Below, piece by piece: positions 18,028 to 26,984 of a stretch of DNA of 45,434 nucleotides. Under the pieces are notes generated by a model, which saw nothing but the letters and a program-made list of their open reading frames with translations, had not been told where the DNA came from and ran no database searches. The stretch spans positions 1-45,434 of IMG/VR virus record IMGVR_UViG_3300016478_000286, one strand, 5' to 3'. This stretch comes from a virus. Its lineage: Duplodnaviria; Caudoviricetes. The stretch's first letter is position 1. The number at the start of each line of letters is the position of its first letter. The position numbers and the translations under genes were made by a program.

Positions 18028-19314
18028 TCATCTCATTCCCCTTCCGGGTTTCATGAGGCTACTAATAAGAGCATCAGAAAACGCCTTTCTTTTATCTGCT
18101 ATTATTTTTTCTTTTATCTCAATGGCTTTCTGTTTTGCTATCAATGCCTTGTATTTTTGAACAGTAGGTTCGTAAAACTTGTTCCAAGCGGCTTTTTTGA
18201 CTTCCTTACCCTTTGAGGCCCAAAAAGCCGCACCCCCGGGTCCGGCTGTTCTCGGAGAGTACTGTAACAATTGCCCCCCCTTTAAGAAAACAGCTTCGGC
18301 GTCGTCGGAGTATGCCCCGAGTATGCTAAGTGCTCCTTTTAAGTCTCCTCTCTTGACGTACTCGTCTAACTCTTTTCTAAGAGAAACTTCCCGTTGAGAG
18401 ATTCCGCCAAACCCATTGTCGTTTAACAGTCGGCCATAACCAGAGACAAACTCTTCCGGGTCAACGCCTCCAGGGCTTGTCATAAACTTATGTGCCATGA
18501 GCGTAGAAAACTTTTCTTCTATTCCTTCGACTCTAGCGTTAACTTCCTCGGCATCATATTCTAGCCCGTCGTTACTTCCATTCTTGACTGTAGATACGTA
18601 TTCGAAAAGTTCCTTGTTCGATTTGGCCAGACGATCCTTGAGATTGTCCGCCATCTCCTTGGTCGCAAAGGACCCTGCGGCAAGAACGTCCTTGCCGGAT
18701 CCCCAACCTTCTCCTCTGAGTTTCATGGCCGCTATCTTTTCGTCAAAGCCCTTGCTTAGAGCTGTCTCTTCTCTCCTGTTTGTTGACTTAACTCCCTCTT
18801 GCCAAACAAACTTTTTCATGTCGGCTTCGTCTTTCGCCCGTGCGGCCTGTTCGGCCTGGTACCTGTTTATTGGGGAGTCCATCCCTGAGATCGCTTGGGC
18901 ATATTTGATAACATCAATCGGGCTTCCTCCCTTCTCTAGGCCAAGCCTGGCAAGTGACAACACGGGGTTTTGCGCAAAAGAGGACACGCCTTCGGAAGTG
19001 GCGTTGTAAGCGGCCCTTGAGGCGTCCCCCATCATGGAGAACGGGCCGCCGAACATCCCTCCTGTAGCTTGAAGAGTCCCAAGGATCTTCGCCTGATTTT
19101 GAAGGCTAGGAAGCTGAGTGAACATATCGTTCGCATCGCCACTGCCGGCCAACATGGCTGAAATTGCGTCGTTGGTCGCCATCTCTTGGCGTCGCTGTTC
19201 GTCCTGTTGCTGGATAATCCTATCTTGATAGGCTTTATTCTCACGGTCGATCTGACCTTGCCTATTCAGGTTCAGCAACCACTGAGCTATTTGGAGCCCT
19301 TCTTGAAGTCCCAT
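18028..19314 (-). CDS. Putative internal virion/ejection protein
   Basis: 428 aa, Gln/Ala/Gly-rich helical, position in the ejection cluster. Confidence 0.55.
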   Translation of the reverse strand: MGLQEGLQIAQWLLNLNRQGQIDRENKAYQDRIIQQQDEQRRQEMATNDAISAMLAGSGDANDMFTQLPSLQNQAKILGTLQATGGMFGGPFSMMGDASRAAYNATSEGVSSFAQNPVLSLARLGLEKGGSPIDVIKYAQAISGMDSPINRYQAEQAARAKDEADMKKFVWQEGVKSTNRREETALSKGFDEKIAAMKLRGEGWGSGKDVLAAGSFATKEMADNLKDRLAKSNKELFEYVSTVKNGSNDGLEYDAEEVNARVEGIEEKFSTLMAHKFMTSPGGVDPEEFVSGYGRLLNDNGFGGISQREVSLRKELDEYVKRGDLKGALSILGAYSDDAEAVFLKGGQLLQYSPRTAGPGGAAFWASKGKEVKKAAWNKFYEPTVQKYKALIAKQKAIEIKEKIIADKRKAFSDALISSLMKPGRGMR

Positions 19315-19326
19315 TGTACCCCTCCC

Positions 19327-19932
19327 TTACTTAACCAGGCTTCCAAGCCCGTACCCTGCCGCCGTTCCTCCGATTGTCCCAAGCGTATCCCAGAACCCGC
19401 CGCCTCTTGACCCTCCGCCAGCGCCCATCGACATCAGGCCCTGGTTGTTGCTGTTGGCGTTGTTGCCGAGGCCAAGGAGCATTGACAGCAACTGCAACTG
19501 ATAGTTGCGGTCTGCATTGTTGGCCGCATTGGCTTGTGCGGCTCTTGATGTTTTAATCTGTTCCCAGTTCAGCATGGGAGAGAGGAAGTTCTGACCGATC
19601 TGCATCAGGTTGCCAGGGTTCATCTGCGACCCTACTGTCTGGATGGCTTGGTTGACGAGATCCCCCTTCTGTAGGTTATAGTCTCGCTGAGCCGTGTTCT
19701 GTAGTTGGGCCAAGGCTTCTGGAGATGTGACTCCTCTCATCATGGCGTTATTAACTGCGTTCCTTCCAGCGCCAGTAGCGGCAGAGTTCAACCGCTGAGT
19801 GCCGGAGGCGATCATCGAGTTCTTGATCTGCCCCCAAGGGCCAGAGTTCATATCCCCAGCGACGGCCTTGTTGTACAGCGTCTGCCACTGAGGGACCATA
19901 GTAGCGATGAGGCTGGAATAATCAGTAGCCAT
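19327..19932 (-). CDS. Putative ejection/pilot protein
   Basis: Q/N/A/G-rich with a C-terminal glycine-zipper-like GTIGGTAAGYGLG segment. Confidence 0.55.
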   Translation of the reverse strand: MATDYSSLIATMVPQWQTLYNKAVAGDMNSGPWGQIKNSMIASGTQRLNSAATGAGRNAVNNAMMRGVTSPEALAQLQNTAQRDYNLQKGDLVNQAIQTVGSQMNPGNLMQIGQNFLSPMLNWEQIKTSRAAQANAANNADRNYQLQLLSMLLGLGNNANSNNQGLMSMGAGGGSRGGGFWDTLGTIGGTAAGYGLGSLVK

Positions 19933-19933
19933 A

Positions 19934-20347
19934 TCAGCCTCCGTAAGGGGTGAAGGTCACCCCAGTATTCGGGCTACCAGTGTTGGCGTAATAGTTTGAA
20001 AGGCCACGAGTCACAAGGTCGTTCCCTATGCCATAGTTGGATAGCCCGTAGTTGCCAGTTCGAGAGCCAAGAAAGCTATTGTAGAGGTTTGTCAACCATT
20101 CATTCCCCTGGTCTGTTCCCATGCCTCCAGCGGAAGACAGATTTCCAAGCAAAGCGGCCGTGACAACATCGTTGACCATGTTGCCGCCAGAGGTCGTCAT
20201 GCCCCAAGGCGAACGGGAGTAACCAAAGTCTCTATACAACCGCTTTGCCGTGTCGTAGTTCGAGTTCTTCTTTCCGCCTCCAAAGAGGGAACTCATTAAA
20301 CTTACGCCAGCGCCAGCGCCAGCAAGTAATCCGGCGGGAATGGCCAT
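19934..20347 (-). CDS. Putative small ejection/pilot protein
   Basis: N-terminal AGLLAGAGAGVSLMSSLFGGG hydrophobic Gly-rich segment. Confidence 0.55.
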   Translation of the reverse strand: MAIPAGLLAGAGAGVSLMSSLFGGGKKNSNYDTAKRLYRDFGYSRSPWGMTTSGGNMVNDVVTAALLGNLSSAGGMGTDQGNEWLTNLYNSFLGSRTGNYGLSNYGIGNDLVTRGLSNYYANTGSPNTGVTFTPYGG

Positions 20348-20944
20348 TTAATACCCCCAAGGGGAGAACATATTCGCTCCCGTACCCCAGCGGCCCTCCA
20401 TGGGAGTGCGCCTCTGGTCAAACATATTTGCCTGGACCAACGGGTTGTTCGCCGGATGATTTACCGGCATCAGGCCAGGGAGCAACGACTGCCATCCCTG
20501 CTGTACCCCGTAGCTAGGCATTTGAATTTGTTGATTAAACACTCGACCGTTGTTGTTGCCAGGGTTAGCTCCTGATGCGTTCTTGTTCCAGAGCCCCGGA
20601 AGCAGAGACTGCCACCCTTGCTGAACACCAGACTGAGGATTTGAGATCTGAGGGTTGAACACCCTCCCGTTGTTGTTCCCAGGGTTGACGTTTCCAGCGT
20701 TCCTATTGGAAAGAGAGCCCTGGCCTCCAATCAGCGCTTGAATCACCATGTCACCAGAAACAGGCGTCGAAGCGGTCGGAGGAACCGTAGGAGTCCCAGT
20801 AAAAGGCGTGTTCAGCCCACTGTTCGTTTGCCCTGTCGACTGTCCAGTAGAGGTCGTCTGTGAAAAGTCTCTGAATATGGGAGTAGTCGCCTGCTCGTCT
20901 CCCATCCCTAAAGCCAGTCTCATCATCTGGTCCCGTGTCATCAT
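20348..20944 (-). CDS. Low-complexity N/Q/G/P-rich virion-region protein with an internal duplication
   Basis: NPGNNNGRVFN...GVQQGWQSLLPGL occurs twice with a 120-nt period. Confidence 0.6.
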   Translation of the reverse strand: MMTRDQMMRLALGMGDEQATTPIFRDFSQTTSTGQSTGQTNSGLNTPFTGTPTVPPTASTPVSGDMVIQALIGGQGSLSNRNAGNVNPGNNNGRVFNPQISNPQSGVQQGWQSLLPGLWNKNASGANPGNNNGRVFNQQIQMPSYGVQQGWQSLLPGLMPVNHPANNPLVQANMFDQRRTPMEGRWGTGANMFSPWGY

Positions 20945-21462
20945 CTCGGTACACCCTTTACCCGCCTAGAGATTATCGGGTCCTTGTCCCCAATGATGGG
21001 GATTAACAGCGATGGATTTCCGGTGGTCTGGACAATCCGTTTATCTTTGTTTTCGACAAAGATTCTATTCAAAGCGTCAACCTGGTAGGCGTAATCCTTC
21101 TCCGGCCTATCGTCCATGGGGAGCCCAGAAAAGCAAGTCCTCCAAGCCCTAGGGATAAGTATCGAAGCCAGCAAGGAAACTGTTCCGCCAGGAGTTAGAC
21201 AATATTTCTTAATATCGTCATCCTTGATTAAGACATAAGGCTGGTACAAACTCCAATATCCAAGGTTCTTCGACAAATGATCCTCGGTTGTTACGGCAAA
21301 ATCACAAGGCGTATCTACTGCGGCATGGTTGATCGCAAAAACAACAGCGTTTCTCCTTGAATAAGAGAGGTCTTTGCGGTCTCCTCCGTTCCCAATAACG
21401 ACCTGCGTCTTTGTCCAATCATTCGTTTCAATCAGCTCTCTTACGCTAATCTCAAGAGCCAT
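20941..21462 (-). CDS. Hypothetical protein
   Basis: 173 aa, GAGG RBS, coupled to the next gene. Confidence 0.6.
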   Translation of the reverse strand: MALEISVRELIETNDWTKTQVVIGNGGDRKDLSYSRRNAVVFAINHAAVDTPCDFAVTTEDHLSKNLGYWSLYQPYVLIKDDDIKKYCLTPGGTVSLLASILIPRAWRTCFSGLPMDDRPEKDYAYQVDALNRIFVENKDKRIVQTTGNPSLLIPIIGDKDPIISRRVKGVPR

Positions 21463-21467
21463 CTTGT

Positions 21468-21800
21468 TTACCTCAACACGAACTGGAGTAACATGATCAT
21501 GCCCATCCCAATATAGACGTACCGGAAAAGCTTCTCAATCTTCTCGTTCATCGGCCTGAGGAGGTCGTCAACCCTGTGTCCTATCCTGGCTTGGTCTTTG
21601 ACGCACCGTTCCCGGCAGTCACGGTAAAGGTCTTGGAGGTCTGAAACGTCGTCTGAGTTTCCAGCGATCTGTGTCTCAAGTTTCTTCGTTCGCTCCGAAA
21701 GAGTCGTTTCAACAGCTTGGAGTTTTCTGAGAATTTCCGCAATAGAGGCAGACAGGGCGTCAAACTTCTTCCGTAGATCTTCGTATTCACTTGTCGACAA
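21468..21800 (-). CDS. Coiled-coil protein with C-terminal TM helix (XhlA/holin-like architecture)
   Basis: Heptad coiled coil ending in YVYIGMGMIMLLQFVLR. Confidence 0.5.
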   Translation of the reverse strand: MSTSEYEDLRKKFDALSASIAEILRKLQAVETTLSERTKKLETQIAGNSDDVSDLQDLYRDCRERCVKDQARIGHRVDDLLRPMNEKIEKLFRYVYIGMGMIMLLQFVLR

Positions 21801-21907
21801 ATTGGAGCCTCCAAGGCCCTCGGGAGGGCGTACAGGGTGATGGATCTCTATTCTATCATTTATTTCCTCTTTTGTCTCCTCGCTGGATATTTTATACGCC
21901 GTTGCAT

Positions 21908-22246
21908 TTATTCAAGCGTTCTGACGAGAGACAAAAAGATAGAGTCCTTCATTTTCTGCTCTGCGGGCAAATCATCGTAATCGACCATGCACGGGTGCTC
22001 TTTCTTCTCCGCGTCCTTCTTCGGGCCATACGCCCACCCGTCTTTCACCTTGCACTCAACCCAGGAGGCGTGAGTGTCTCTCGGGGTGGCGTTCTTGTTC
22101 TCCAGGAGGAAGGCGACGCCTGCTTCCGCGCTCGCCCTTTGCCACTCCTGAGCGTCACCCCAGTGAGGCATGAAAGGGTCCCCGATCGCTTCACAGTAAG
22201 CCTTGTTCGCTTCGTGACATATCTTTGCAATCTCTACGGCTTTCAT
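21908..22246 (-). CDS. RyR-domain phage protein
   Basis: HASWVECKVKDGWAYGPKKDAEKKEHPCMVDYDDLPAEQKMKD is the RyR repeat signature. Confidence 0.85.
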   Translation of the reverse strand: MKAVEIAKICHEANKAYCEAIGDPFMPHWGDAQEWQRASAEAGVAFLLENKNATPRDTHASWVECKVKDGWAYGPKKDAEKKEHPCMVDYDDLPAEQKMKDSIFLSLVRTLE

Positions 22247-23493
22247 CTCTTCTTCTCCTTTCTCCTCTTAGCGGGAGGAATTATTCCCAGGAGAGCCTTA
22301 ATCTTGTTCCACCAGTTTTTATAAAACCGCCATGAGTACTCGTACTCTATGACAGGTACTGGTTCGGGTTCCGGAGGCGGCGGGATATAGGCAATGTTGA
22401 TCTGAACCTTCCCCTTGTTTGCCATCGGCGCACCCTGCCAGGCTTCGATCTCGTCGGCCATTGCCGAAAGCGTTTCCGTCTGGGTTTCCAAAAAGGTCGG
22501 TTCAGTCTGCCATTGTTTAGGACTGTGTTCGAAGGCCCACGTCCAGAGACCGGGCAGTTGTGGAGCGTCCAACGTCGGGGAGGGCTGTCTCTCCATCAAC
22601 CGTCGGATCGTTGTTCTCCACTGAGCTGGGGAAGGTCTGTGCCGTGTCGGGTTATCGGTCTGAAAGTCAAGAACGCTGGCCCCGTCGAACACTCCGTCAT
22701 CGGAGAGAGACTTCCTGATCGGGTTCCTACCCCACCAGGAAGCGATGAGTTCCGCTCGGGAGTAGTCAACGCCGATTCCGTGAACTGGCCTTATAACGCT
22801 CAGCTTGGCGTCTAGTCCGTATGCGTCCTCAAGTCTGGCCTTCTGAAAGTCTTGCTCGCAGGGCTCCTTGTAGAGGTTGTCGGCCCCGTAGGCTTGCTTC
22901 TCCCACGGAACCCCACACTCAGCCATGGTCGGAGCCACCACACGGAGGGAAAACTCAGTCTCATCTCTGTCCCTGAACTCGTTCCCCCAGCCATAAATCA
23001 CGTCCCTTCCCTTGAGGGTATCAACCATACGCTCGATATAAGCTGTTGTGTACTGATCTGCCCTCGAAGAGGCATAGTCAGAGACGCCCTCTTCGTTCGT
23101 TACCCACGGTGAATTCGGATGGTTCCTGCCGCAATGGTCGAACAAGTCGATCCAAAGCGTCATCCCAGCATCGTTTGAGCATTTCGCTATTTTTACAAAA
23201 TAGTCAAAATATTCATCATTAAACTCTCTTAGCGTGAACCGGCCCGTAGAGCCAACCTTGAACGGCGAAACGATTTTAGAGTGGTTGATCTCTCCGTTCT
23301 CCAACCACGGGGCAAGTGCCAGGAGTCGCACGTAGTTCGCCCCGCTGTTTGCCATAGACCTCAATTCGTCTGTGCATTGACGCTCCTTCAGGCGCCATTT
23401 CCCGTTGTTCCTCTCGATCCACCCCCATTGTGTCGGCGATAGCGCCGCCAATGGTGCGTATCCAAGCCCAATCCTGTCTTTCATGTTGTTCAT
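22243..23493 (-). CDS. Glycoside-hydrolase-like TIM-barrel protein (clan GH-A-like)
   Basis: GANYVRLL, YFDYFVKIAKCSNDAGMTLWIDLFD, WGNE (acid/base), later AFEH. Pro-rich linker and amphipathic basic tail. Confidence 0.6.
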   Translation of the reverse strand: MNNMKDRIGLGYAPLAALSPTQWGWIERNNGKWRLKERQCTDELRSMANSGANYVRLLALAPWLENGEINHSKIVSPFKVGSTGRFTLREFNDEYFDYFVKIAKCSNDAGMTLWIDLFDHCGRNHPNSPWVTNEEGVSDYASSRADQYTTAYIERMVDTLKGRDVIYGWGNEFRDRDETEFSLRVVAPTMAECGVPWEKQAYGADNLYKEPCEQDFQKARLEDAYGLDAKLSVIRPVHGIGVDYSRAELIASWWGRNPIRKSLSDDGVFDGASVLDFQTDNPTRHRPSPAQWRTTIRRLMERQPSPTLDAPQLPGLWTWAFEHSPKQWQTEPTFLETQTETLSAMADEIEAWQGAPMANKGKVQINIAYIPPPPEPEPVPVIEYEYSWRFYKNWWNKIKALLGIIPPAKRRKEKKR

Positions 23494-23768
23494 TCCTCTC
23501 CTTTAGGAATCATTATTTCAGCTCCCTCTATTTTTTCAAACGTCTTCGTGGCAGGCAGGTACCTCCAGAATAAAGGCTCAACGCCTGTTATGTCTATATC
23601 AGTAGAGTCAACGACGGCTATTTTGACGTCGAATTTCCCGCCTCTGATAATGGCATTATTCTCTTTTGTGTGAGCGCTCTTATTCTCCTTGTCGACGACA
23701 ACGTCGCCGCAAGCAAGGACAATCCCTGTATCGATTTCATAAATAACAGCCTTCATTTCCTTTCTCAT
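23490..23768 (-). CDS. Small tail-fibre-associated protein
   Basis: 92 aa, coupled to the fibre gene. Confidence 0.45.
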   Translation of the reverse strand: MRKEMKAVIYEIDTGIVLACGDVVVDKENKSAHTKENNAIIRGGKFDVKIAVVDSTDIDITGVEPLFWRYLPATKTFEKIEGAEIMIPKGEE

Positions 23769-24901
23769 ATGATTTGACCAGCGTTTGCTGTAACGGCAAG
23801 CTCGTTCGCTACCGTCCCTGTCGGTTGCTGAGCACCAATTTTCTTAATCGTTCCTCCAGAGTCGGCAACAAGGCCATATTGGCCATCTGAAAAAGATTCG
23901 TTATTTCTCGAGATCACCGTAGCGGAATTATACGAAGCAATCGAAGCAAAAGAGCATGAATGAAACGAGTTCATTGAAGCGGAAACGGATGAAAACGACG
24001 TACAAGCAAGGCCACTATAACAATTATAAAAGGCGCAATATTCGACATCCACCTTTGACGAGTCCATTATGTAAAGCCCAAACCCGCTACTCCCTCCAGG
24101 GCTGACGAACTTCATGCCCTGAACAAGGCCTTTTAGCGCCCAGTTTTTGATATAAATGCAAGAACCATTCACTGTAGAAAAAAAGACGACGCTTTTGTTT
24201 TGACTTCTTTCCGAAGAAAAGTTTTTCGCTTTTAACGTGATCTGATTATAGTTTGTTCCAAACGTGTTTCCATAAGCCAAAATAACAACTCTCACGATTG
24301 CCGTATTTAAGATTGTTTCAGCAACATACGTAGCAGGAATAACTATATACCCATCTTCAACAGAGTCTATTATGTAGACCCCGTCATAGTTTGTTGTTCC
24401 ATCGATACAAACTCTTTCTCCCGCAACAAATCCATGGCCAGAAGCCAGGGGAAGTTTTACCTTTCCGGAACCAGCGTCAACAGCAGCAGCGGTTATAAAA
24501 TTTTTCAGCGTTTTATTCTCGATCTCAATCGTAATAATAATGTTTAGTGCACCAAAAGCGCCGATTGAGTTCCACGCGGAATCGCGAATAGTTGCTGTGT
24601 CCAACAACGCCCCGTGATCATGGACAAGAGAAATCGTTCGTGAAGCCGTCTCATACCCATAAACGACTTGCCACGCCGACCCGCGCCACCGCCGGATCAT
24701 GATTCTGCTCGCAATTGACGTGTCATTCCAGAGCATATTCTTATATGGAGCCGACGGAGCCGTTGAAGACGTGTAGATAGCCGAAGGGGAAAGAATGTTG
24801 TAATTCCCAGTATCCCAAACTCCCGTAAGAGGAACGGTCCCGTCCTCCTTCAAAAACCCTTCAACGGAAGGAACCCTCGGGGGAATGTACGTGATACTCA
24901 T
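23765..24901 (-). CDS. Tail fibre/spike with C-terminal beta-helix-like domain
   Basis: FLKEDGTVPLTG, STAPSAPYKNMLWNDTS fibre motifs, GHGFVAGERVCIDGTTNYDG domain, pectin-lyase-like repeats. AT-rich 3' part. Confidence 0.65.
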   Translation of the reverse strand: MSITYIPPRVPSVEGFLKEDGTVPLTGVWDTGNYNILSPSAIYTSSTAPSAPYKNMLWNDTSIASRIMIRRWRGSAWQVVYGYETASRTISLVHDHGALLDTATIRDSAWNSIGAFGALNIIITIEIENKTLKNFITAAAVDAGSGKVKLPLASGHGFVAGERVCIDGTTNYDGVYIIDSVEDGYIVIPATYVAETILNTAIVRVVILAYGNTFGTNYNQITLKAKNFSSERSQNKSVVFFSTVNGSCIYIKNWALKGLVQGMKFVSPGGSSGFGLYIMDSSKVDVEYCAFYNCYSGLACTSFSSVSASMNSFHSCSFASIASYNSATVISRNNESFSDGQYGLVADSGGTIKKIGAQQPTGTVANELAVTANAGQII

Positions 24902-25524
24902 ACGCTGACCTCTCCGAAGGCCTGATACGATACGGAACTCGTACCAACGCTCTTCACATAAATCTTGTCCCCGGCAACAAGCGAAATGCCAGATACCTGA
25001 ACGCTCTCTTTCGCCCCTACCGTGGAGTCAAGAATGTAATACGCCGAACCGAAGGATTGACCAGACGGAACGACCGCAACAATGGCCTCGCTATCCGTTG
25101 ACGCCTGGTTGCAAACGAACACAGTCACATCCGTCACGGTTTTGCCCGTAGGAACGGTATAGAGAGCCGTTTCAGTGTCAGACGAAGGAATACTCGCCCC
25201 GAGACTTTTCGCCTCTCTGGGAGTACCCAGGAGGTCAGAAAGGGTGATCTTATACCACCGCAGGGTCGACCGGGAATAAATCAGCAAGTAATCATTGTCG
25301 GTTGCGGTCGCAAGAGTTCCAAGAGACTCAACTGTCTGAGCCAGCGTCGTCTGGTGAGGGTTGGATGTACTCTGAGAGTGCTCAACTCCCACCGAAGCGT
25401 TCGCCTTCACTTGCTCCACAACCGTCCCGCCCTGCTTTGCCGTCGCAGTGATCAGAGCGGACCGATATACAGAGTCATCGTCTTTAGGGAGCGTAGCAAA
25501 TCTGTCTTTAATGTTCGTTGTCAT
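24898..25524 (-). CDS. Tail/fibre-associated structural protein
   Basis: H...SNPHQTTLAQ fibre motif and C-terminal TALYTVPTGK...VFVCNQ...LVAGDKIYV beta domain. Confidence 0.55.
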   Translation of the reverse strand: MTTNIKDRFATLPKDDDSVYRSALITATAKQGGTVVEQVKANASVGVEHSQSTSNPHQTTLAQTVESLGTLATATDNDYLLIYSRSTLRWYKITLSDLLGTPREAKSLGASIPSSDTETALYTVPTGKTVTDVTVFVCNQASTDSEAIVAVVPSGQSFGSAYYILDSTVGAKESVQVSGISLVAGDKIYVKSVGTSSVSYQAFGEVSV

Positions 25525-26984
25525 TAGTTATTAACGGGAGGTGTCCCTTGAGCAAGCCCTTCGATCTCGCCGGAATTGCTGGACCCATCGAGTCTTACGG
25601 TCTCGCACTCACGATAAATCGTCAATCCGCTTGGACCCCTGTAAAAATATTCGTGCCGTATGTACTTCCCTCGAACACCAAAAGTGCAATTAAACGCCGT
25701 GTTGATCGTGATATTCGTTCCAGTGAAATGAGCAACGGCGGTATTGTATCCGTGAGGAGCTGCGTCCTGGTCGCTCGCATAGCTAATCTCAAACGATGTT
25801 TCAGAGGAGTCTGTCTCTCCTCCATATCTTGAGGCCACGTATTCAACGTTAAGGCCTCGAACCGTCTTCCTCGCTGTTTGGCTCCCGTAATCAAAGAGGT
25901 TCGTTTTCGCTATGGCGACAATCGACCCCACGCCAAAGTCGGGACCGTATTGAGCTCCGAGAGGGGCAAGAATCGCCTGGTCAATGTAGTCGTAGTCCTC
26001 ATCATCAGGTTTAGGCTTGGTAAAAACTATTTCTTTCCCCATAATCCCATGCCGAACGACATGGATCTTATCAATCCCGTAACCAAACGTAAAAAAGGCT
26101 AAACTCTTATCGTCAACGTCGAACACGAGAGCGACAGCACCGGGTAAGAATGGTTTAGGAGTTATTTTCGCCGAAGTATTTGGATCAACGCTTGGAGTCA
26201 TAAGCCAATATTGGTTTCTCTCGGCGCTGACGCCAGAGGTGCACGTTGACGAGTTCGTGACGAGTTTAATGTTTGGGACGTCGTCAGAGAGCGTAGGAGA
26301 AAGAAACTGCCCTCCCGTTGTCATGACTTCCAGTCCACGGTTGGAGACGAAAAAGCAATACCCTGAAAGCAACTGGAGCGTGTCGCCATTGACGCATCCG
26401 ATCCTTGGAGAGAGGCACTGTATTGTGAACGTCGTTGCGTCAACGCCCATCAATGCCCAAATCTCCGTAGCCTTAAACAACAGGAGCGTATTTTCGACAC
26501 GCAAGACACCCGTAAACTTATCCTTTCCTGTCCCAACCTCTAGCCGGTTCAGCGCAGGAACGTAATAAGGGAACCCCTGGGTGCTGTAGGCAATTTTATG
26601 TTGTTCTGTTTTCAGGCCAACATAATATGTCGTCCCGTTCATCTCCGTGATGAAGTCGCAGTTCGGAGGAGGAATCTTGTTCTCGTCCAGTTCATCTCCG
26701 AGGGCCTCGTCAAAGTTGTGGTCCTCGTAGGTCGTGGTCGTGTTGTCGTCTATCGTGGTTAGATAATAAAATATTTCACCGTTAGAAACGGTCCTATAGA
26801 GGGTCCTCTTTACGACATCAGGGTCTGTAGACACTGGAATGTTCGTCCATTTTAGCCAGCCATTGTTGACGGAAACAGGTCCTACCGCCGGGGATGGTTG
26901 GCTCTCGATGTACATACCTTCCCCAATATCTTTGACATAACAAACGACAAGTTTATAGTTTCCTGTAAGCCGTTCTTCGGACAT
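25524..26984 (-). CDS. Tail nozzle (tubular protein B / P22 gp10-like), C-terminal part
   Basis: ESQPS...NIP...RTLYRT...YED insertion domain, then beta-propeller-like IAYS..FP, LLLFK..IWAL, IGC...FFVSNRG, T..FDYGS..RK. Confidence 0.6.
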   Translation of the reverse strand: MSEERLTGNYKLVVCYVKDIGEGMYIESQPSPAVGPVSVNNGWLKWTNIPVSTDPDVVKRTLYRTVSNGEIFYYLTTIDDNTTTTYEDHNFDEALGDELDENKIPPPNCDFITEMNGTTYYVGLKTEQHKIAYSTQGFPYYVPALNRLEVGTGKDKFTGVLRVENTLLLFKATEIWALMGVDATTFTIQCLSPRIGCVNGDTLQLLSGYCFFVSNRGLEVMTTGGQFLSPTLSDDVPNIKLVTNSSTCTSGVSAERNQYWLMTPSVDPNTSAKITPKPFLPGAVALVFDVDDKSLAFFTFGYGIDKIHVVRHGIMGKEIVFTKPKPDDEDYDYIDQAILAPLGAQYGPDFGVGSIVAIAKTNLFDYGSQTARKTVRGLNVEYVASRYGGETDSSETSFEISYASDQDAAPHGYNTAVAHFTGTNITINTAFNCTFGVRGKYIRHEYFYRGPSGLTIYRECETVRLDGSSNSGEIEGLAQGTPPVNN

